A stretch of DNA of 64,000 nucleotides, taken from the NCBI GenBank assembly GCA_002070375.1, contig MWDD01000007.1:12985-76984 (forward strand), written 5' to 3'. The translations under genes and the position numbers were made by a program. The notes beneath the pieces were generated by a model, which did not search any database, had not been told where the DNA came from, and saw only the letters and a list, made by a program, of their open reading frames with translations. Positions 48,191-57,730 of this stretch are shown piece by piece; the stretch's first letter is position 1; each line of letters begins with the position of its first letter. The DNA is from a bacterium ADurb.Bin157. GTDB taxonomy: Bacteria > Muiribacteriota > Ozemobacteria > Ozemobacterales > Ozemobacteraceae.

Positions 48191-48970
48191 ATGAAAAATA
48201 TAGTAATATTAGGCCAAATTCAGCACGAATTGCAGCAGCAGCACCTTAAAAATCTTATTAGTGCCGTAAAAGAAGATGTTAAAAGGGATTGCTTGATTTT
48301 TTGCAATTCCGGAGGGTTGTTTTCTTCAGCTCCCGAATTGGAAAACCAAGTGGATAAACTCTTTAATTCGGGAATAGATGTGCTATTTTTGGGTGAACAA
48401 GCTATAACACGCTGCGCAGGAAGAAATATTTTAGAAAAAAATAACTTTAATATAGTTAGGCCCGCTAATTTATCGCCGTTAGCTCCTGGAGCAGGAATAA
48501 AGCGCTTTAAATTAGACGGTTATGAGTTTTGGGCCATAAGCTTAGTTGATCACAGCGGTAAGATTCCGGCAAATCCCGCATACATAGAATTAGATAATTT
48601 TTTTACCAACAAAACCGACGACTTACCCGTATATATTAACGTGAACGGAACCGATATGCGTTATAAAGAAGCCATGACCTGGAAAATAAGCGCTTATAAC
48701 TTTAAAACCCTCGTTTTCGGAAGCGGATTAGGTTATTTGATTGCTTCAGAACCATACTCGAATTCTTGCTCATTTATACCCGACGCGGGAGCTGTAGTAA
48801 CTCAAAAAACAATCGGAGGCATAAAACCCGAATCTTGGTGGCGTAAAAATATTGATAAAATTCCTATTACCGTTTTCCCCGAATGGGGAACTCTAAAATG
48901 TGATTACAGCGTTATTTCTTACGATAATGAAAAATCGCAAAAAATTTTACACAAAACGATAAAAATCTGA
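48191..48970 (+). CDS. YmdB-like (TIGR00282 metallophosphoesterase fold) protein with degenerate active site
   Basis: Collinear with YmdB (FNIVRPANLSPLAPGAGIKRFKLDGYEFWAISLVDHSG vs PNLVRPANFPEGTPGKGITYVKANGKELAVINLQGRTF), but GD->GQ, GNH->GEQ and FHAE->VNGT. Confidence 0.5.
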   Translation: MKNIVILGQIQHELQQQHLKNLISAVKEDVKRDCLIFCNSGGLFSSAPELENQVDKLFNSGIDVLFLGEQAITRCAGRNILEKNNFNIVRPANLSPLAPGAGIKRFKLDGYEFWAISLVDHSGKIPANPAYIELDNFFTNKTDDLPVYINVNGTDMRYKEAMTWKISAYNFKTLVFGSGLGYLIASEPYSNSCSFIPDAGAVVTQKTIGGIKPESWWRKNIDKIPITVFPEWGTLKCDYSVISYDNEKSQKILHKTIKI

Positions 48971-49020
48971 TAGAATGTGACTGTTTATTATATTGTTTTA
49001 AACATAAGGAGACCACGAAA

Positions 49021-50733
49021 GTGGCAGAAAATCCTATAACAGGCTTTCAGAGCATATTATTTGAGGCTCAGAGGCAAATATTGGCCAATGGTAAAAACAT
49101 TGATGCCATTTTGAGAATATTAGCCCAAACTTCATGTGACCTTTTTGACGTCAAAGGTTTGGCGGTAATTTTCTATGACCAATCTTCGCAAACCACTCGA
49201 ATTCGTTTTAATGACGGTTTTGAAGAACATATATTAAACGAGTATTGCATCTACTTCACCAAAAACAAAGCAGATAAAGCTGTTTTTGAAAGATCTATGC
49301 TCGAACAATGCGGTTCGAACAACTATTTTGTCCCCCTTGGAAAAAAAGAAGAGCCTTTTGGGGCAATACTTTTGAAGCCTATTGATGAGTCTCTTTATCC
49401 AATAGGTGATAGTTTTATAGAATTAGCTGCTACCGCACTCGGAACCTTTTTAGAATTAGAACTTGTTCATCTTAGAATGGAAGAAATGAACGCTTTGCTT
49501 GAAGTTGGCAGAGTTGTCAGTTCAACACTTGACTTAAAAGAGCTGTTGACTAAAATTATGAGCACAGCGACAAAGGTTATGCGTTGCGAAACTTCTACTG
49601 TTTACTTAGTTGACCAAAATTCAAATGAACTTTATTTTCATATTGTAAGCGGTGATTCCAATATCAGCGCTAAACTCCAAGAAATACGACTCCCCATGGG
49701 AACCGGCTTGGCAGGGTGGTGCGCACAGAATAATGCTCCCGTAATTGTGCCTGATACATCTAAAGACCCAAGGTTCTTTAAAGGTGCCGACAAAAAATCA
49801 GGCTTTGTTACGAGGTCGATGCTTTGTGTGCCTATGTGTCACAAAGATACTGTTGTTGGGGTTTTGCAGGTTTTAAACAGAACCGGAGACATTCCTTTTA
49901 ACGATCATGATCTCGAAACTCTTGTGAATGTGGCTAATCAAGCTGTCTCAGCTATTGAAAATGCTAGATTATACGAAAATATACAAAAAATATATCTTTC
50001 AACAATTGAAGTCTTGGCAACGGCAATAGATGCTAAAGACCCCTATACTCAGGGTCATTCTCGCAGAGTTACACAATATTCGGTAGCTATAGCAGAACAA
50101 ATGGGGCTCGCACAAACAGAAGTCGAAAATATCAGATACGCCGGTCTTTTGCACGATGTCGGTAAAATCGGTATAAAAGACAGTATTATACGTAAGCCCG
50201 GACGTTTAACCGATGAAGAATATGCCATAATCAAAATGCACCCGTCAATTGGCGCGAGAATTTTAAGACCTGTTGATTTCTTGGCAGACAAGATTCCGGG
50301 AGTTCTTCACCATCACGAATATTATGACGGGCGCGGATATCCTGACCACCTTATCGGAACAGATATACCGCTTGCCGGTCGTATAATTTGTGTGGCAGAC
50401 GCTTTCGATGCAATGACTACCAATCGCCCATACCGAAAAGGACTTTCTGTAAACACAGTTATTGCCGAACTTAAAAAATTCTCAGGCAAACAATTTGATC
50501 CTGAATGTGTTCAAGCCTTTTTAAATGCTTTCGATGAAAAAATTTCTCAGTATTTTGAACCGACAGATGACGGGGCAGATATGGTTCTTATTGATGATGA
50601 AACCGGTAAAGAAGCCCCTGAAGACGAAATGATAACAGAAGGAACCCCTTCTTCCCAGCCTTACCCTCCTATGGCTCACCCCGACGAAGAGAAAAAAACA
50701 GATTCACAGCCATTTCCTCCTATAAAGTGTTGA
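49021..50733 (+). CDS. GAF-GAF-HD-GYP cyclic-di-GMP phosphodiesterase
   Basis: HD-GYP core GHSRRVTQYSVAIAE...LLHDVGKIGI...HHHEYYDGRGYP; two GAF-like regions upstream; proline-rich C-terminus; GTG start after an AAGGAGA Shine-Dalgarno. Confidence 0.85.
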   Translation: MAENPITGFQSILFEAQRQILANGKNIDAILRILAQTSCDLFDVKGLAVIFYDQSSQTTRIRFNDGFEEHILNEYCIYFTKNKADKAVFERSMLEQCGSNNYFVPLGKKEEPFGAILLKPIDESLYPIGDSFIELAATALGTFLELELVHLRMEEMNALLEVGRVVSSTLDLKELLTKIMSTATKVMRCETSTVYLVDQNSNELYFHIVSGDSNISAKLQEIRLPMGTGLAGWCAQNNAPVIVPDTSKDPRFFKGADKKSGFVTRSMLCVPMCHKDTVVGVLQVLNRTGDIPFNDHDLETLVNVANQAVSAIENARLYENIQKIYLSTIEVLATAIDAKDPYTQGHSRRVTQYSVAIAEQMGLAQTEVENIRYAGLLHDVGKIGIKDSIIRKPGRLTDEEYAIIKMHPSIGARILRPVDFLADKIPGVLHHHEYYDGRGYPDHLIGTDIPLAGRIICVADAFDAMTTNRPYRKGLSVNTVIAELKKFSGKQFDPECVQAFLNAFDEKISQYFEPTDDGADMVLIDDETGKEAPEDEMITEGTPSSQPYPPMAHPDEEKKTDSQPFPPIKC

Positions 50734-50806
50734 GTTGTTAGGAGTATACTTATAGTATTAAAAGTGTTATGCAGTACATCATATCAAGGAAGCCAACACA
50801 CCATTC

Positions 50807-53131
50807 ATGGAACTTAATGTAAAATATCGTGACTACATATTAGATGATTTTCAAATTCAAGCTATCACCGAAATTGAGAACGGTCATTCACTTGTTTTAT
50901 CAGCGCCTACCGGCTCAGGTAAAACTCTTGTGGCCGAATACCTTATTGAAAAAGTCTTAAAATCGGACAAAAGAATTATTTATACTTCTCCGATTAAAGC
51001 TTTGTCGAATCAAAAATACCGCGATTTTTCGCGCCTTTACGGTGATAAAGTTGGTATTTTGACAGGCGACGTCGTTATAAATCGAGACGCGCAGGCATTG
51101 ATTGTTACGACTGAAGTATACAGAAACATGGCCATGGAAGACCCCGAGGCAATAGCTGATGTTTCTTATGTGATATTCGATGAAATTCACTATTTAGGTG
51201 ATATTGAACGCGGAACCGTCTGGGAAGAATCTATAATTTTTTCTCCAAAAACAGTTCGTTTCCTTGCGTTATCGGCGACCATACCGAACTGTGACGAATT
51301 GGCCGGTTGGATAGAATCTGTGATTGACCACCAAGTTAAGGTTATCAGTCATAACAATCGTGCTGTGCCGCTCTCGTTCTTGTTTCATTATAAAAAACAG
51401 CTCATAACTTTTAAAGAGTTGAAAAAGAAGGTTACAGGTAAGGGCGCTCTTGATGAGGCTTTTGAAGATCACAAAAGAGGAAGAAGGGGCAAAAAAGAAA
51501 CAGAGTTTAGACATTTAGATATAATAAAAAATTTGCGCAACCTTGATCGACTTCCTTTGTTGTATTTTGTCTTTTCTCGTGCATTAGCCGACAAATTCTC
51601 GTATGAAACGTCCCGAAAAATGGACTTTACCACGCCAAAAGATAAGGCAGAAATAGAAGAAATTGTCGATTCCTGCTTAGAAAAATATCAATTACAAAAC
51701 CTCGAAACAGCTCAAAGACTGCGTGAGGAACTTTTAAAAGGCGTGGGCCGCCATCATGCGGGTTTGATGCCTCAACTCAAGGAATTAGTTGAAATTTTAT
51801 TTGCTAAAAAGTTTTTAAAAGTTTTGTTTGTTACCGAGACTTTTGCGGTTGGAATTAATATGCCCGCAAGAAGCGTCGGGTATGATGCTTTAAAAAAATA
51901 TGACGGGCGCAGTTTTCGGCCGATGCAATCGTTAGAGTTTACACAAATATCCGGCAGAGCCGGCAGGCGTGGTATCGATACCACCGGTTGGGTCGTTGTT
52001 CCTCACATTCCGAGCGACTTATCAATTATAGAATTGCAAAACTTAGTCTATGGTGATATCGAACATCTCGAGAGCCGCTTTGACTTATCATTTAACAGTG
52101 TTCTAAACCTATATTCCGGGCATAAAACCGAAGAAGTGCGAACAATTTTGAAACGTAATTTCGCTCAGTTTCAGGCAAATAAAAAATTGCCCGAGTTGAC
52201 TTCCAAAGTTAATAAAATTCGCGCTGAAATAGAAGCTATAATGCCTAGATGCCCCGAAAAAAAGAATGATTTCGAAGACTATATGGTGTTTTATAAAAGA
52301 AAACAACAACAAGAAGACACCATGAACAGGCAGCTGAACAACATCAGATTCGGTATGCGCGGCCGAAATAAAAATAACCACTTTGAAATGGAAGACTTGA
52401 TGAAAAAGTTTTCTAAAAACAGAGAACAGCTTACCGAAAAAGAAAATACTTTTATTTGCGGGAAATGCAAAACAAAGAATAAGTGTATCTCTAAATATCA
52501 GCAAACTGTCAAACTGCAGAAAAAACTCGATTATTGGCGCGAATTGCTTGAAGAACAGGGTGAATTGCAGCTGCCCCTATATGAGCGAAAACTTGAAATA
52601 TTACGTTCGTTAGGCTACATAGATGCGAACGGATTATTGCCAAGAGGCGAGTTTGCAAGCAGAATACACACAGAAGAAATAACAGTGACAGAACTAATGT
52701 TTCACGGATATTTTCACGAGTGCACAGAACACGAGATAAACGCGATCGCCCTTTCCCTTGTTTATGAATACAGAAGACGGGGTGGAGCAGCAAATAACGA
52801 TCAGAGCAGAGTGTTAAGCAAATTGCCCGAAAAGCTTAAAAGCGCAAAAGGGTTCGTGAATAGTTTGGCAAGACAACATTCTTTTGTAAAACCTCTTGAA
52901 AACAAAATTTGCCACTTAATGCTTGCCTGGAGCGCCGGAGCGACTTTTGAAGAGATAATGGATATGACAGATATTCCGGAAGGCGACATTATAAGAGCTT
53001 TCAGACAGGTAATAGACCTGCTTAGACAAATAAGAGACGCAGTAAAAGATATGAGCTTGCGAGATAAGCTTCTGACTTGTTTGGCTTGTATAAACAGAGA
53101 TATTGTATTGGCAACGGAGCTAAGAGATTAA
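50807..53131 (+). CDS. Ski2/HelY-like superfamily-2 DExH helicase with DSHCT-like C-terminal domain
   Basis: Motif I SAPTGSGKT, motif II FDEIHY, motif III LSATIPN; C-terminus ...FEEIMDMTDIPEGDIIRAFRQVIDLLRQI. Confidence 0.85.
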   Translation: MELNVKYRDYILDDFQIQAITEIENGHSLVLSAPTGSGKTLVAEYLIEKVLKSDKRIIYTSPIKALSNQKYRDFSRLYGDKVGILTGDVVINRDAQALIVTTEVYRNMAMEDPEAIADVSYVIFDEIHYLGDIERGTVWEESIIFSPKTVRFLALSATIPNCDELAGWIESVIDHQVKVISHNNRAVPLSFLFHYKKQLITFKELKKKVTGKGALDEAFEDHKRGRRGKKETEFRHLDIIKNLRNLDRLPLLYFVFSRALADKFSYETSRKMDFTTPKDKAEIEEIVDSCLEKYQLQNLETAQRLREELLKGVGRHHAGLMPQLKELVEILFAKKFLKVLFVTETFAVGINMPARSVGYDALKKYDGRSFRPMQSLEFTQISGRAGRRGIDTTGWVVVPHIPSDLSIIELQNLVYGDIEHLESRFDLSFNSVLNLYSGHKTEEVRTILKRNFAQFQANKKLPELTSKVNKIRAEIEAIMPRCPEKKNDFEDYMVFYKRKQQQEDTMNRQLNNIRFGMRGRNKNNHFEMEDLMKKFSKNREQLTEKENTFICGKCKTKNKCISKYQQTVKLQKKLDYWRELLEEQGELQLPLYERKLEILRSLGYIDANGLLPRGEFASRIHTEEITVTELMFHGYFHECTEHEINAIALSLVYEYRRRGGAANNDQSRVLSKLPEKLKSAKGFVNSLARQHSFVKPLENKICHLMLAWSAGATFEEIMDMTDIPEGDIIRAFRQVIDLLRQIRDAVKDMSLRDKLLTCLACINRDIVLATELRD

Positions 53132-53132
53132 A

Positions 53133-53591
53133 ATGGGTGGGAAAAAGGTTTTTCGCAGTATTTCACCCGAAGCTACTGTTGAATTTGCTAAGAAGCTTGC
53201 AGCTGAGTATCCTAATGCTTTGGTTTTGTTGCACGGTGATCTTGGTGCCGGCAAAACTTTATTTGCAAAAGGGTTTACCTTTGGATTGGGCATTGATGCA
53301 AATGTTTCGAGTCCAAGTTATACTTTGATGAATGAATACAGGGGCAATTCAACTTCTGTGTATCATTTGGACCTTTATCGTTTAAATTGTTTTGAAGAGG
53401 TCGTTGATATCGGTTTATTCGACATTCTTGAGTCCGGTCACCCCTGTTTAATAGAATGGGCCGAGAGAGTAGAAGAACTTGAAAAACTTGCTCACCTCGC
53501 TGTAAATATTTCGCATTCGGAATACGATCTAACCGAAGAAAGCTTTGAAAGTCGCGAAATAACCTGGGAATGGAAAGAAGCAAAAAAATGA
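53133..53591 (+). CDS. tsaE: tRNA threonylcarbamoyladenosine biosynthesis protein TsaE
   Basis: LVLLHGDLGAGKTLFAKGF...SSPSYTLMNEY...YHLDLYRL. Confidence 0.85.
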   Translation: MGGKKVFRSISPEATVEFAKKLAAEYPNALVLLHGDLGAGKTLFAKGFTFGLGIDANVSSPSYTLMNEYRGNSTSVYHLDLYRLNCFEEVVDIGLFDILESGHPCLIEWAERVEELEKLAHLAVNISHSEYDLTEESFESREITWEWKEAKK

Positions 53592-54241
53592 AATATTTAT
53601 TTATCGATGCCTCTGAAAGCAAAATGACTTATGCGCAAATAGGCGACGATAGTTCTTTTCAGACACAAATATTTGAGACAGACCGTGATTTTGCTTCAAA
53701 AATTACAGCGATATGTGATGAAATGTTCGAATTAGCGGGTTTTACCCCTGAACAAGCAGATGTCATGGCTTTTGGCACAGGGCCCGGAAGTCTCACAGGA
53801 ATACGTGTTGCCGGATCATTTTTCCGAACGTTGGCAATGATAAAATCATGTGAGTTGGTTGGAGTAAATTCTTTCGTCTGGGCTTTAAAAAGCCTTTCAG
53901 AAGCAGGTATAAACGGAAAAGTCAAAGTAGTTGCGCCCACATTGATTGATAAAGCTTTTGAAGTCGAGGCCACGCTGCCCGCGCTGAGTTTTGAGCCGCC
54001 TAAGCTTATAGAGCGAACCGATATCGGTAAAGACGGTCTAAAAACCTACGGTATTAACTTCTCTTATGATGCTATCGAAAAAGTTGAGCTTTCCGGACAA
54101 GCGTTGCATGATCTGATCTTGAACGATAAAAATAATGTCGAGCGTGCAAATGATATGGCCGGAATTCTTAAAATTTTGCCGTTTTATGTTATTCCGTCTC
54201 AGGCTGAACGCAATTTTAAGCAAAATAACAAGGACCGATAA
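53588..54241 (+). CDS. tsaB: tRNA threonylcarbamoyladenosine biosynthesis protein TsaB
   Basis: MKYLFIDASE...AFGTGPGSLTGIRVAGSFFRTLAM; ATGA overlap with the tsaE stop. The track start at 53570 is over-extended. Confidence 0.85.
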   Translation: MKYLFIDASESKMTYAQIGDDSSFQTQIFETDRDFASKITAICDEMFELAGFTPEQADVMAFGTGPGSLTGIRVAGSFFRTLAMIKSCELVGVNSFVWALKSLSEAGINGKVKVVAPTLIDKAFEVEATLPALSFEPPKLIERTDIGKDGLKTYGINFSYDAIEKVELSGQALHDLILNDKNNVERANDMAGILKILPFYVIPSQAERNFKQNNKDR

Positions 54242-55242
54242 TGATTACTTTAGGTATTGAATCCTCTTGTGACGATACTTCGATTGCTATTATTAAAGAT
54301 GGCATCACAATTCTTACGAGTATGGTTTCATCGCAAATAGAAATTCATAAGCGATTTGGCGGTGTTGTTCCTGAAGTTGCCTCAAGAAAGCATCTTGAAG
54401 CTATTTTGCCTCTGTTGAATGAAGCTTTAAATGCGGCAAGCATCACATTAAACGACATAGATCAAATTGCTGTTACATCAGGCCCCGGGCTGTTAGGACC
54501 ATTGCTTATAGGTCTTACAACAGCAAAAGCTTTAGCTTGGTATTTAAAAAAACCGCTGATTCCCGTTAATCATATAGAGGCACATTTAACAGCGTCATTT
54601 TTGGCAGCATCAAAAAAACCTGAATATCCATTTATAGGTTTAATAGTTTCGGGCGGGCACTCAAATTTAGTTTATGCCACAGGGCCCCGAAAATTTGAAT
54701 GTTTGGCCAGAACATTAGATGACGCACCCGGAGAACTCTTCGATAAAATTGCAAGGCATCTGGGATTAGGTTATCCCGGCGGCCCGGTTATTCAAAAAGA
54801 GGGCGAAAACGGAGACCCGCATAGGTATACTCTGCCTATGCCCATGCGAAAAAAAGGTTATGTTTTTAGCTTTTCAGGTTTAAAAACAGCTGTAATAAGA
54901 ATAACCCAACAAGAGGGCAAAAACTTGAATTGTGCTGATTTATGCGCCGCTTTGCAATATGTTGTGGCAGAAATATTTGCCGAAAAAATTGAAATGGCTC
55001 TAAAAGACAGACCTGCAAAAACTATTGCTATGGCAGGGGGGGTTGCTGCTAACAAGGTTTTGCGCGAACGAATTAAAAAACTTGCGGATAAGCATAGGGT
55101 TGATTTGTTGCTTCCTACAATACATCTTTGCACGGATAATGCGGCAATGATTGCGGCGCACGGCTATTTTTCGGCAAATACAGTTAGCGGAAACCCGCTT
55201 GAGGTTAATGCCGTTGCTAACTGGGAAATGGGCGAAGGTTGA
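54241..55242 (+). CDS. tsaD: tRNA N6-adenosine threonylcarbamoyltransferase TsaD
   Basis: MITLGIESSCDDTSIAII...HIEAHL...GGVAAN; Kae1/YgjD family. Confidence 0.95.
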   Translation: MITLGIESSCDDTSIAIIKDGITILTSMVSSQIEIHKRFGGVVPEVASRKHLEAILPLLNEALNAASITLNDIDQIAVTSGPGLLGPLLIGLTTAKALAWYLKKPLIPVNHIEAHLTASFLAASKKPEYPFIGLIVSGGHSNLVYATGPRKFECLARTLDDAPGELFDKIARHLGLGYPGGPVIQKEGENGDPHRYTLPMPMRKKGYVFSFSGLKTAVIRITQQEGKNLNCADLCAALQYVVAEIFAEKIEMALKDRPAKTIAMAGGVAANKVLRERIKKLADKHRVDLLLPTIHLCTDNAAMIAAHGYFSANTVSGNPLEVNAVANWEMGEG

Positions 55243-55247
55243 AAATT

Positions 55248-57083
55248 ATGCAGAATACTAAAATTAGAGTATTGGACGATGATGTTATTTGCAGAATTGC
55301 CGCGGGTGAAGTTGTAGAAAGGCCATCGTCAGTTGTTAAAGAACTTATAGAAAACTCAATTGATGCAAAGGCAAGCAGAATCGAAGTCGAAATTAAAGAC
55401 GGTGGGCAAAAACTGATAGAAGTTACCGACAACGGTGAAGGAATGACAAGAGCAGATGCGGTGCTTGCCTTTACGCCACATGCCACAAGCAAAATTTATA
55501 GCGACGAACAGCTCGAAAACATTATAACACTGGGGTTCAGAGGCGAGGCTTTGCCAACAATTGCGGCCGTTTCAAGAGTTTCACTCTTTACTAAGCATAA
55601 CTCTGAAGAAACCGGAACAAGAGTTAATATAGATGGCGGTGTTATGAGTAGTGTAGAGTCAGACGCTTTCCCGGGCGGAACTCGTATTCAAATAAAAAAC
55701 CTCTTTTATAACACGCCGGCGAGGCGAAAATTTTTAAAAAGCGTGCAAAGCGAAATGGCACAAATATCAGATATAGTTTGCCATTACATGATGGGTTACC
55801 CTGAAATAGCATTTAAGTTTACAAAATCTAATGTGGCAATAGCAAGCACAAACGGTTCGGGTAATTTAAGCGATTCGGTGCTCGCCATTTATGGGCCCGA
55901 AGTGACAAAAGGTCTGATTCCATTAAAAGAACCTTCTTCAATTGCGGGAACTGGTATGTCTTTGCGTGGTTATATATCGCCGCCTAATCAGGCGCGACCG
56001 TCTTCGAGATATATGACAACACTTATAAACAGAAGAGTTGTTAAAACAAAACTGCTTGTTCAGGCTATAAATAAAGCTTGTTCTGCTTTCTTTCCCAAAG
56101 GAAAATACCCTGTTTTAATTTTAGACCTTAGAATTCCTCCCGATATGATAGATGTGAACGTGCATCCTCAAAAAACCGAAATACGATTCAAGGATGAACA
56201 TTGGATTTTCGGGCTAATATGGGAGACAGTGAAAACAAGTTTGTCGGGTTTAAAGATGATAGCAGATATAGAACCCACAATAGAAAAAAAAGAGTCGCAA
56301 GGCGATTTTTCACAAATTCAATCTTCCGGTATTTTTTCTGCAATGACCCCAAAGTTAGTCAATATACCATCTTTAACCGGAACTATTCCATCCAATAATT
56401 TCGATGCAGATCGAGCATATGTTGTTGGCGAAGAAAAACTGGTCAGTGATATTGCCCCCGAAACTGTTAAAAACAACGCAAAAAACCCTCTTTCGCCTGT
56501 TATGCAGCTGAGTAAGCCGAAAATCTTGGCACAGCTTAAAAATACATATTTACTGGGTGAAGATGATGAAGGATTGTTCATCATTGATCAGCACGTTGCG
56601 CACGAACGAGTTTTATTCGACCAATACCTGCAAACATATAAAGATACGCCGATAACAACACAAACTTTGCTGTTTCCGGTTCCTTTAAAGTTATTGCCAT
56701 CTGAGCGTCTTATAATAAGAGATCACTTAGATGACATGAAAAGTTTGGGTTTTTCAATTTATCAGGAAGAAGATGGGCAATTTTATATAACAGCAATTCC
56801 TGTTTCTGATAAAAAATCTGATCAGAAAAACATTCAAGATATGTTGTCGCAAGTTTTAAACGGTTGGGAAAGCCGAACTCTTGATGAAATTAAAGTTGAA
56901 CTTCTTAAATCTATGGCTTGTAAAGCAGCAGTAAAAGCCGGAGACCCTTTATCTTCATCAGAGTGGAACAGTTTGCTTGCTCAGCTTTTAAAAACCGAAA
57001 ACCCATTTACTTGTCCACACGGAAGACCTATTGTTGTAAGACTTTCTGTTCGGCAAATTGAAACCGGATTTTTAAGAACATAG
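55248..57083 (+). CDS. mutL: DNA mismatch repair protein MutL
   Basis: IRVLDDDVICRIAAGEVVERPSSVVKELIENSIDA (GHKL ATPase N-terminus) and C-terminal dimerisation domain; ATG at 55248 is preferred over the track TTG at 55239. Confidence 0.9.
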   Translation: MQNTKIRVLDDDVICRIAAGEVVERPSSVVKELIENSIDAKASRIEVEIKDGGQKLIEVTDNGEGMTRADAVLAFTPHATSKIYSDEQLENIITLGFRGEALPTIAAVSRVSLFTKHNSEETGTRVNIDGGVMSSVESDAFPGGTRIQIKNLFYNTPARRKFLKSVQSEMAQISDIVCHYMMGYPEIAFKFTKSNVAIASTNGSGNLSDSVLAIYGPEVTKGLIPLKEPSSIAGTGMSLRGYISPPNQARPSSRYMTTLINRRVVKTKLLVQAINKACSAFFPKGKYPVLILDLRIPPDMIDVNVHPQKTEIRFKDEHWIFGLIWETVKTSLSGLKMIADIEPTIEKKESQGDFSQIQSSGIFSAMTPKLVNIPSLTGTIPSNNFDADRAYVVGEEKLVSDIAPETVKNNAKNPLSPVMQLSKPKILAQLKNTYLLGEDDEGLFIIDQHVAHERVLFDQYLQTYKDTPITTQTLLFPVPLKLLPSERLIIRDHLDDMKSLGFSIYQEEDGQFYITAIPVSDKKSDQKNIQDMLSQVLNGWESRTLDEIKVELLKSMACKAAVKAGDPLSSSEWNSLLAQLLKTENPFTCPHGRPIVVRLSVRQIETGFLRT

Positions 57084-57085
57084 TT

Positions 57086-57673
57086 ATGTTTATAAAAAAG
57101 CATTCACAAATAGAGTTTGAGTTTGAAAAAAATCAAGATGTTTTCAGAACAAAAAAAATAACATTTACCATTGCATTTGTTTTCTATTTTTTTATTTGTG
57201 CTTACTTTGGCTTTCAGCCTTTTTTAACAAGTCTCCTCGCATTGGTGATTTTGATTCAACTGATTTGGCTATGCCTGCTTTGCGCATACACAAAAGGAGG
57301 CGTGGTTTTTGATAATGAAACTCAAAAAGTTTATTCAAAAGCTTCTTTTTTTATGATTTCAAATTCTGATATTATAGCAGGCTTTGATGATATTGCAGCC
57401 GTTTTTGTTTCTTCAGATCATCTAACAAAAGATGACTTAGCAGAATTCGGTGCCGAGCAAAAATATAAATACGCTGCGCATATTCTTTTAAAAAATAGCG
57501 AAATTATAAGAATAAGTCGTTGGAATCCCGCTTTTGACAAACTAAGAAAAATGGCTTTTGCATGTCATGAAATGTCGGGGTGTAGATTTTTTGAAACCGA
57601 AGAAGGTGAATCTGTTTATATTGAAAAAGGAAATGATGATTTATTAAAGGTTTTGAAAAAGAAAATGGATTGA
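57086..57673 (+). CDS. hypothetical membrane protein
   Basis: 195 aa, two TM helices near the N-terminus; no motifs. Confidence 0.5.
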   Translation: MFIKKHSQIEFEFEKNQDVFRTKKITFTIAFVFYFFICAYFGFQPFLTSLLALVILIQLIWLCLLCAYTKGGVVFDNETQKVYSKASFFMISNSDIIAGFDDIAAVFVSSDHLTKDDLAEFGAEQKYKYAAHILLKNSEIIRISRWNPAFDKLRKMAFACHEMSGCRFFETEEGESVYIEKGNDDLLKVLKKKMD

Positions 57674-57681
57674 ATAAGAAA

Positions 57682-57722
57682 AAGCCTTCGAATGTAATTT
57701 CGAAGGCTTTTTGTCTTTTTTA
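57682..57722. terminator. bidirectional terminator between convergent genes
   Basis: aaagccttcgaa-tgtaat-ttcgaaggcttt followed by T-rich sequence. Confidence 0.7.
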
Positions 57723-57730
57723 AGAGAGTT

